From NCBI GenBank assembly GCA_016217905.1, contig JACRFL010000001.1:18287-82286 (forward strand): a DNA stretch of 64,000 nucleotides, written 5' to 3'. Position 1 is the first letter of the stretch. Every line of letters starts with the position of its first letter. The notes below the pieces were generated by a model. That model worked only from the letters and a program-made list of their open reading frames with translations. It did not search any database and had not been told where the DNA came from. This document shows, piece by piece, positions 57,173 through 64,000 of the stretch. The position numbers were made by a program, and so were the translations under genes. Source of the DNA: Candidatus Kaiserbacteria bacterium. GTDB lineage: Bacteria; Patescibacteriota; Minisyncoccia; Phycocordibacterales; Phycocordibacteraceae.

Positions 57173-58624
57173 TTATCGCGGGCGCATGAGGGGGAAGATC
57201 TGCACCTCGCGTATCGACACGCCCTCGAGGAAGCTGAACAGGCGCTCGGAAACGCCGAAGCCGAACGCCGGCGGCATCCCATACTCGAGTGCTTCCACGA
57301 ACTCGGAGTCCAGCATCTGCGCCTCCGCATCCCCGGCGTCGCGCAGCTGCTGTTGATGAGCGAAACGCGCAGCCTGATCGACGGGATCGTTCAATTCGCT
57401 AAAACCTTTGCCGACCTCCGAACCGGCGAGTATAACTTGGAAGCGCTCGACGACGCGCGGATCTTTCGCGTCTTTCTTCGCGAGCGGCTCCAGATAGACC
57501 GGCACGTTGACCAGGAAGCCGGGACCCGAAAGCGTTTTTCGAATCTGTTTCCACGCGGTATCGACGAGACGCCCGATGTCGACCTCTTTCTCAAAGGGGA
57601 TTCCTTTTTCTGCGAGCACCGCTGTCCAGTCAGCATCCTCGTCAAGCGGATCGAGGTCGTATTCCTTCCGCATCAGCGCACAGAAGTCGTACGTCTCCCA
57701 TTCCGTATCGAAATCGATCGTGAAGTCTTTTATTTTAAAAACATGTGTACCGTAGACCTTGTCTGCGATGGTGCGATAGAGATCGGCGACCATTTCCATC
57801 CCCGCCTCGTAATCTTTGAACGCCTCGTAGAACTCGAGCTGGGTATAATCTTGAGCATGCTCCGCGGACATTCCTTCGTTGCGAAATACGCGGCCGATCT
57901 CGAATGTCTTCGGAAGGCCGGCGACCATAAGACGCTTCTGCCAGAGCTCGCCGGCCGAGATGCGCAGGTACACGTCCAGGTCGAGCGCGTTGTGGTGCGT
58001 GAGGAATGGCTGCGCTTCGGCGCCGCCGGTCGTCGTCTCCAAGACCGGCGTTTCCACCTCGATAAAATCCCGGACGAGAAAGTACGAGCGGATGACGTTC
58101 CAGAACTTCGAGCGCCGCTTTATGCGGTCGGCGAGATCTCTCGTGAGCAAGATATCGAGATAGCGTTTTCGGAACCGCTCGTCCTCGTCCTTGATGCCGA
58201 ACCATTCGTCCGGCAAGGGGCGGAGCGACTTTGCGAGCATGCGCCAGCTGGTCGCGTCGAGAGAGGGCTGGCCTCGCCTGGTGGTAAACGCCATGCCGGA
58301 GAATTCGACGATGTCGCCCGTGTCCACCGCGCCGGTAAAGAGATCGTATGGCGCATCCCCGAGCTTTTCCCGCTGCACGAAACACTGCCCTTTCGTGCCG
58401 TCGAATATGTCGACGAACAGCGAGCCTCCGTGCTCCCGCAAGGACATCACGCGTCCGGCGAGCACGACCTGCTCGCTGTTCCTCTCGAGCGTCCCGTGAT
58501 TCTCGAGAAAATCGTCGACGGCGTGGGTGCGCAGCGTGCGGGCCGGATACGGCTTCATGCCGGCCGCCTGAAGGCGGTCTATCTTTGCGAGTCGTTCCGC
58601 GCGCACCGTGTCGAGCAAAGCCAT
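57173..58624 (-). CDS. lysS: lysyl-tRNA synthetase (class II)
   Basis: N-terminal OB anticodon-binding domain. FLTHHNALDLDVYLRISAGELWQKRL. FRNEGMSAEH. Motif 3 region. Confidence 0.9.
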   Translation of the reverse strand: MALLDTVRAERLAKIDRLQAAGMKPYPARTLRTHAVDDFLENHGTLERNSEQVVLAGRVMSLREHGGSLFVDIFDGTKGQCFVQREKLGDAPYDLFTGAVDTGDIVEFSGMAFTTRRGQPSLDATSWRMLAKSLRPLPDEWFGIKDEDERFRKRYLDILLTRDLADRIKRRSKFWNVIRSYFLVRDFIEVETPVLETTTGGAEAQPFLTHHNALDLDVYLRISAGELWQKRLMVAGLPKTFEIGRVFRNEGMSAEHAQDYTQLEFYEAFKDYEAGMEMVADLYRTIADKVYGTHVFKIKDFTIDFDTEWETYDFCALMRKEYDLDPLDEDADWTAVLAEKGIPFEKEVDIGRLVDTAWKQIRKTLSGPGFLVNVPVYLEPLAKKDAKDPRVVERFQVILAGSEVGKGFSELNDPVDQAARFAHQQQLRDAGDAEAQMLDSEFVEALEYGMPPAFGFGVSERLFSFLEGVSIREVQIFPLMRPR

Positions 58625-58652
58625 ACGCCCTACTATACATCAGTTTTGGGGC

Positions 58653-59141
58653 CTAACTCACCTTTTCGATCGTATACGTCTGCTTGCCGGAGGGCGTGCT
58701 GAACGTGAACACGTCGCCTCTCTTCTTCCCCATCAAGGCGGCACCGAGCGGTGAGACGTGCGAGAGCTTCTTCACGCGCATATCGGCCTCCTCGCTGCCG
58801 ACGATGGTGTACTCGTGCACCTCGGCACTTCCCTCCTTCCGTATCGAAACTTTCGAACTGAACCCGACCTCGCTCTTCTTCTTCCCTTCGCTGATGATCG
58901 TCGTGTGTTTTAAGAGTTCCTCGAGCTTCTTTACGCGCTCCTCGGTCGCGGCCTGCAGGTCGCGCGCCTCCTGGTACTCGGCGTTCTCCGAAAGGTCGCC
59001 GAGCGACCGTGCGTATTCGAGGCTCCTGGCGATTTCGGTGCGACGCACCGTCTTCAGGTGCTCAAGCTCTTGTATCATTTCGTCGAACTTCTCTTGTGAG
59101 ACGACGGCGGTGTGTGCATCGGGCATACGTTGTCCGGGCAT
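58653..59141 (-). CDS. greA: transcription elongation factor GreA
   Basis: GDLSENAEYQEARD coiled-coil tip. C-terminal FKBP-like domain. Confidence 0.9.
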   Translation of the reverse strand: MPGQRMPDAHTAVVSQEKFDEMIQELEHLKTVRRTEIARSLEYARSLGDLSENAEYQEARDLQAATEERVKKLEELLKHTTIISEGKKKSEVGFSSKVSIRKEGSAEVHEYTIVGSEEADMRVKKLSHVSPLGAALMGKKRGDVFTFSTPSGKQTYTIEKVS

Positions 59142-59221
59142 TGTACGTGTCCCGCACTAACTTGCAAGTTTTTAGACAACCGACCATTCGCAAATATCCT
59201 TATCGGTGGCCGATTGGTCAT

Positions 59222-60925
59222 TCATAAGGATAGTGAATGTGCCGTTGTGGTAGCGGTACCGCCGACGTAGGAGGAATTTTTTGCGTGGAGCGCGTCGAGG
59301 AACAAGCGCATGACGTTCACCGCCTGGCTGCCGGAACCCTCGGGTCCGCGCTCGAGCACAACCGCAAAAGCGTACTGCGGGTCCTCGTACGGGAAGAACC
59401 CGACCACCCAGGAGTTGTCGTACTGATTCCTCGCGCCCGTCTGCGCGGTGCCAGTCTTCGCCGCCACGCTCACGTAGGGGACGTTGAGCGTGGCGGCGAG
59501 CGCGCTCGTTACCGCCTGACGCATCCCCTCCCGCACTGTCTGAAACGCGGAAGGAGAGGCGGGCACGGCCGCAAAAGACGGCGTTTCCCGGGGGACCAGG
59601 GCGGGCGTGTAGAGCCTTCCGCCGTTTGCGACCGCGGCGATCGCGCGTGCCATCTGAAGCGGCGTTACCTGCATCGAGTATTGGCCGATCGCGGTGAAGT
59701 ACGTGTCGCCAAGGTACCAGCGCTCGTTGAATGTCCCCTCTTTCCACGCAGGCGTCGGGATGAGTCCGCGCGCCTCGCCCGCAAGGTCTATGCCCGTCGG
59801 ACTCCCGAGGCCGAACTGCGCATACCAATATGCGAGCCGGTCGATGCCGAGCCCCTTCTGATTCCCGAAGCCGCCTCCGATCGTGTAGAAGAAAATGTCC
59901 GAAGACCACGCGATCGCCTTCTTCACGTCGACCGGACCGAGCGCCTTCCATCCCTTGTAGACGAACTCCTTGCCCGGCCGATACGGGTCTGGGATCGAGA
60001 TGAACCCGGTGTCAGTGATCACGGTTGCGGGCGTGATGAGTCCGTCGGTCAAGGCGCCGACGGCGACAAGAGGCTTCACGATTGAACCCGGCGCGTACAC
60101 GCCTTGTAGGGCGTGATCGAGGAACGGATGGCCGGGATCGGAGTTGTAGCGGGCGATAATCTCGGCGGGACCGCCCTTCGACAGGACGTTCGAATCATAG
60201 CTCGGGTACGAGACGAGCGCGCGCACCGCGCCGCTGTGCACGTCGAGGATGACGCCGGCGCCGGCGATGAAAGCCTTGTCGAGCGCCGTTTCCGCGATGG
60301 CGCGCGCAAGCGGCTCCTGCAGGCCGATATCGATCGAGACGCGCAGCGCCCCTCCGGGTTTTGCGGGAATGATCGTGCCCTCGGAACGGACGGTGCCGAA
60401 CACGTCCGTCTCGGTGAGAAGCTGGCCGTTCTCCCCGGAGAGCCACGCGTCGTGCTCCGCCTCGAGACCCGCGACGCCGCTCATCTTGGTGTCGTAGTAG
60501 ATACCCCTCGCATCCTTTTTTGGGTATGAGACGTAGCCGACGACGCGACTGACGGAAGAAAACGGATACACCCGCGCGATGCCGCCCCCTTCGCCCTCGG
60601 CATTCTCGGCGAGAACGGCGCCGCGCGCGTCGAGGATGACGCCGCGCGGCGCAAACAACGTCGTCGCTTCGAGGCTGTTGTGCGCGCTTGCCGCGGCGAA
60701 CGCGGCGCCGTTCGTTATCTGCAGATTCCCTGTGCGAACGAGGAGGACGGAGAACAGCGCAACGAGCGCCGCGGCGAACGCGCCGAAGGCGCGGGGCGTG
60801 AGCGGCTTCTCGATCTTCCCTTCGAGCCGGGCGCGGTCGAAGGCGGGAGCATTTGACGCGTCGAGGAAAATCTCGTCGGGCGCGATTTCAGAATCCCATC
60901 GGTGTTTCTGCCGCCAGAGCATCAC
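59222..60925 (-). CDS. mrdA: class B penicillin-binding protein PBP2 (elongasome transpeptidase)
   Basis: SIVKP (SxxK). KTGTAQ. TM anchor. Sits directly downstream of mreB-mreC-mreD. Confidence 0.85.
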   Translation of the reverse strand: MMLWRQKHRWDSEIAPDEIFLDASNAPAFDRARLEGKIEKPLTPRAFGAFAAALVALFSVLLVRTGNLQITNGAAFAAASAHNSLEATTLFAPRGVILDARGAVLAENAEGEGGGIARVYPFSSVSRVVGYVSYPKKDARGIYYDTKMSGVAGLEAEHDAWLSGENGQLLTETDVFGTVRSEGTIIPAKPGGALRVSIDIGLQEPLARAIAETALDKAFIAGAGVILDVHSGAVRALVSYPSYDSNVLSKGGPAEIIARYNSDPGHPFLDHALQGVYAPGSIVKPLVAVGALTDGLITPATVITDTGFISIPDPYRPGKEFVYKGWKALGPVDVKKAIAWSSDIFFYTIGGGFGNQKGLGIDRLAYWYAQFGLGSPTGIDLAGEARGLIPTPAWKEGTFNERWYLGDTYFTAIGQYSMQVTPLQMARAIAAVANGGRLYTPALVPRETPSFAAVPASPSAFQTVREGMRQAVTSALAATLNVPYVSVAAKTGTAQTGARNQYDNSWVVGFFPYEDPQYAFAVVLERGPEGSGSQAVNVMRLFLDALHAKNSSYVGGTATTTAHSLSL

Positions 60926-61182
60926 TCCATAGTACCTGCCAAAAGTCGACTGCGCACGAAGAAGGCGGCGACCGATACCGCGAGACCGGAAAGCGCTAAA
61001 ACGGGAATCGAACCGGACTCGGGCGCGAAGTAGAGCGCGTCAAGGAGTATCCCGACGGCAAGCGGCACCAAAGGCTCAAGCGGCGCGGACGCGAGCGCGA
61101 GGATCGCAGTGAGCGGCCACGGGAAGAATACCGCCGACAAGAGTGCGGAAAGCGCGAGCGCACCGCGGACCGCCCCGTTCAT
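60922..61182 (-). CDS. mreD: rod shape-determining protein MreD-like small membrane protein
   Basis: 86 aa, very hydrophobic, overlaps mreC and mrdA. Positional inference. Confidence 0.55.
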   Translation of the reverse strand: MNGAVRGALALSALLSAVFFPWPLTAILALASAPLEPLVPLAVGILLDALYFAPESGSIPVLALSGLAVSVAAFFVRSRLLAGTME

Positions 61183-62018
61183 GGCAGCGTCGATGTCGCC
61201 TGGAAGATCGCGTCGAGGAGCTCCGCGCTCGGGCCGCGCAGCTCAAGCCAGGTGAGTGAAAAGAGATTTGTCGCCGGTTGGATGTGAATCGTGATTACCG
61301 GCAACAGCGGATCGTCATCGACGCGCGCGACGTTGCCGATGGGAAGCGCGCCCGGCCCCGGAACGAACACCGCGTCCCCGGCCTTTACCTCGACAGAGCG
61401 AGGAAGCGACGCGCGCAGCGTCCCGCCGCCCGCGCCGCGAAGCGTCACGGGCACCGCTCGGGGTCCGATCCATCCGTCCACACGCATGCCCGGAGCGGAA
61501 AAAAGCGTCACGCGGGAGAAGTCGGGGAACACCGCCGAAACGACGCCGATCGGCACGCCGCCGTCGGCAAACGCCTCCTGCCCGGCCGTGATGCCCGCTT
61601 TCGCACCCCGCGCAATGATGAGAGTGTCGTACGGGCTCGTCGGAGGCCGAGCGACGACGCCGGCGACGACGCCGCGCAGGCCTTCCGCTGACGATTCGGC
61701 GCCGATGAGCGCCGCGATACTCGACGCTTGTTGCAGGAGCGCGCGATTCTCGCTTCCGAGAGCCGCATTCTCCCGCGCGAGTCGCTCGTTCTCGAGGGTG
61801 AGAATCGTCGCGTTGCGGAAGCCGGAGAAAAAGGAGCGGCTCGCGGCGGCAAGAGCGTCCGCAGCGCGGAATACCGGAGCGGCCGCGTGCCAAAAGAGGT
61901 TCGGAGCGACAAGCCGCATGAGGAGTACGAGGACGGCGCACGCAAGCGCGAAAGCGCCCCACGAAGCGCGCGTTGAGGAAAGGAGCGCGTTACGTCTCGC
62001 TAAGAATGTCTTCCTCAT
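61179..62018 (-). CDS. mreC: rod shape-determining protein MreC
   Basis: N-terminal TM. Coiled coil ENERLARENAALGSENRAL. C-terminal beta domains. Confidence 0.85.
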   Translation of the reverse strand: MRKTFLARRNALLSSTRASWGAFALACAVLVLLMRLVAPNLFWHAAAPVFRAADALAAASRSFFSGFRNATILTLENERLARENAALGSENRALLQQASSIAALIGAESSAEGLRGVVAGVVARPPTSPYDTLIIARGAKAGITAGQEAFADGGVPIGVVSAVFPDFSRVTLFSAPGMRVDGWIGPRAVPVTLRGAGGGTLRASLPRSVEVKAGDAVFVPGPGALPIGNVARVDDDPLLPVITIHIQPATNLFSLTWLELRGPSAELLDAIFQATSTLP

Positions 62019-63048
62019 TGATGAAAAAGTCTTCGTACGGCGCCGGATCTTCGGTCACGGCGCCGGCGCCGCGCACGACCGCTGTCAACGGGTCGGGTGC
62101 GATTCGCACCGGCACGCCGAGCATCTTCGCGAATATCTGGGGCAATCCTCGCAAAAGAGCCCCGCCGCCGAAGACGGTTACGCCGTGTTGGAGCACGTCG
62201 GAGAGAAGTTCCGGAGGCGTCGCTTCGATGACCTCTTTCATCGTGTCCATCAAGGCGTCGAGCGAGGGCGTAACGGCCTCCCGAACATGCGCGTCAGTCA
62301 ACGTTATCTCGCGCGGAAGTCCCGTGGCATAGTCGCGCCCGCGCACGTTGCGAGAGAGCGTTTCCGTAAGCGGCACGACCGCACCGATCGTTATCTTCAC
62401 GTCCTCAGCGGTGCGCTCTCCGATGCCGAGCTTGAACTCGCTTCGCACGAAATCGATGATGTTCTCGTTGAAGCGGTCGCCCGCGACATGCGAGCTCTTC
62501 GCCGCAACGACGCCGCGCAGCGCGATGACCGCGATGTCGGTGGTGCCGCCGCCGATGTCGAGCACCATAGTGCCGACCGCTTCGAAGACCGGCAGCTTCG
62601 CGCCAATCGCGCCCGCAACCGGTTCTTCGAGAATGATCGCCTCGCGGGCGCCGGCGTTCTTGGCCGCGTCGCGCACCGCGCGGCTCTGCACGTTCGTGAC
62701 GCCGGTCGGTACGCCGATAACGACCCGGGGACCGAAGAGCCGCGCGCGCGCGCCCTGCGCCTTGTTGATGAGGTACGCGAGAAGTTCCTCCGTCACTTCG
62801 AAGTCGGAGATGACGCCGTGGCTTAGGGGGCGCACAACACGGATATGCGCGGGGGTCTTCCCGAGCATCGTCTTCGCCTCTTTCCCCACGGCGACAACCT
62901 GGTGGGTCTTGTCGTTGACCGCTACCACCGAAGGCTCGTTGATGACCACTCCCTTCCCGCGTACGTACACGAGAGTGTTCGCCGTGCCGAGATCAATAGC
63001 GATATCGTTGCTGAAGAGGAGGTTTTTGGAAAACTTTCTCATACTCAC
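61990..63048 (-). CDS. mreB: rod shape-determining protein MreB
   Basis: IAIDLGTANTLVY. VLDIGGGTTDIAV. Actin fold, 352 aa. Confidence 0.95.
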   Translation of the reverse strand: MSMRKFSKNLLFSNDIAIDLGTANTLVYVRGKGVVINEPSVVAVNDKTHQVVAVGKEAKTMLGKTPAHIRVVRPLSHGVISDFEVTEELLAYLINKAQGARARLFGPRVVIGVPTGVTNVQSRAVRDAAKNAGAREAIILEEPVAGAIGAKLPVFEAVGTMVLDIGGGTTDIAVIALRGVVAAKSSHVAGDRFNENIIDFVRSEFKLGIGERTAEDVKITIGAVVPLTETLSRNVRGRDYATGLPREITLTDAHVREAVTPSLDALMDTMKEVIEATPPELLSDVLQHGVTVFGGGALLRGLPQIFAKMLGVPVRIAPDPLTAVVRGAGAVTEDPAPYEDFFINEEDILSET

Positions 63049-64000
63049 GAAGCGAGGATCTCCGCGTGAGATTTCTTCTCCACCGCACCCGTTACGCGCC
63101 GGACTACTTCAAAAACGCCAGTCGCGACCGCATCCTTGCCAACGACAATTCTGTGCGGCATGCCCAAGAGATCGCTCTCCGCGAATTTCTCTCCGGCGCG
63201 CAGGTCGCGGTCGTCGTACAGGACTTCAACGTCTGCTTCGACAAGCTCAGCATAAACGCTTTCAGCTAACTTCGAAATATCGTCGCCTTCGCGGCCCAGA
63301 GAAACGAGATGATATTTGAAAGGCGCGACGCTCTCGGGCCACACGAGGCCTTTCCCATCGGAAAATATTTCAACTATAGTTCCCATAAGCCGTGTTATGC
63401 CGATGCCGTAGGAGCCAAGAATGACAGGCTTCTCGACGCCGTCTTCGTCGCGGAAGTAGAGTCCAAGCTGTTTCGATTTAACGTCACCGAAGCTGAATAT
63501 ATTGCCAACCTCTGCGGCTCTGACCTCTTCAAGTTCATCGCGCGAAACACCCATCTGCTCCATGCCCGACTCAAGTACCTCTTTATTGATGGCTTGTCCC
63601 TTCCCTCGATGCAAATAGATGACATCTTCCCCCGCGTCGCACAGTGTCTGAAATTCGTGACTAAATTGTGTGAAAGCGCCACCGGAGGCAAAGGTTGGAA
63701 ATGTCCGGTCGCCGAGTCCTATCCGTTCGAAAACGCGCTTGTACGCTTCCATTGTTTTCCCATAAAAATTCTGATGTTCTTCCTCGCTGACGGAATAGGA
63801 GTACATATCTTTCATTATGAATTCACGACCACGCATGATGCCACTCTTTGCGCGTAGTTCATTGCGAAGTTTTGTTTGGAATTGGTACACGTATGCCGGC
63901 AAGTCGCGATAGCTGGCGATGAAATGCTTCATCATGTCTGTGATTGGCTCCTCATGCGACCATCCCAGTCCGACTTCGGCTCCGCTCTTGAGCTGCGATT
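63045..64000 (-). CDS. proS: prolyl-tRNA synthetase, C-terminal part (5' end beyond window)
   Basis: RGREFIMKDMYS class II motif 2. Anticodon-binding domain. The reading frame stays open to the window edge (…KSGAEVGLGWSHEEP…). Confidence 0.85.
   Translation of the reverse strand, partial: SQLKSGAEVGLGWSHEEPITDMMKHFIASYRDLPAYVYQFQTKLRNELRAKSGIMRGREFIMKDMYSYSVSEEEHQNFYGKTMEAYKRVFERIGLGDRTFPTFASGGAFTQFSHEFQTLCDAGEDVIYLHRGKGQAINKEVLESGMEQMGVSRDELEEVRAAEVGNIFSFGDVKSKQLGLYFRDEDGVEKPVILGSYGIGITRLMGTIVEIFSDGKGLVWPESVAPFKYHLVSLGREGDDISKLAESVYAELVEADVEVLYDDRDLRAGEKFAESDLLGMPHRIVVGKDAVATGVFEVVRRVTGAVEKKSHAEILAS

Overview
High-GC (~65%), gene-dense bacterial chromosome segment, about 93% coding with short intergenic spacers. 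Gene content points to a reduced-genome bacterium, possibly Patescibacteria/CPR-like; this is inference only. The window is dominated by core information-processing and cell-envelope genes. Nine aminoacyl-tRNA synthetases are present: leuS (partial), alaS, tyrS, trpS, aspS, gltX, cysS, lysS and proS (partial). There is an infA-rpmJ-rpsM-rpsK-rpsD-rpoA-rplQ-rplM-rpsI ribosomal block, plus grpE-dnaK-dnaJ, scpA-scpB, dnaB, recR, a DEAD-box helicase, rmuC and greA. Two split dcw fragments are present: dacA-like-mraY-ftsW-murG on the + strand and mraZ-rsmH-ftsL-ftsI-murF on the - strand. An elongasome block mreB-mreC-mreD-mrdA is present. tRNA-Tyr(GUA) lies directly after tyrS, and tRNA-Glu(CUC) is also present. 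Accessory and unusual content: (i) a co-directional cluster mltG-mnmA-TM protein-ATP-cone/restriction-endonuclease fusion-TM protein-Cas4-like PD-(D/E)XK nuclease-MGMT-like-ung; (ii) an AT-rich RelE/ParE-RHH toxin-antitoxin insertion with a palindromic operator, directly upstream of an HD-domain (p)ppGpp hydrolase; (iii) an identical 25-nt perfect palindrome inserted in-frame in both alaS and gltX, encoding VGRTTSYM in each; (iv) IF-1 with a low-complexity loop insertion; (v) a CorA homolog whose GMN motif is replaced by AMR; (vi) TyrRS with HIGH replaced by QVGN; (vii) several small, lower-GC, terminator-bounded ORFs of unknown function. No CRISPR array, rRNA gene, integrase or transposase was recognised.
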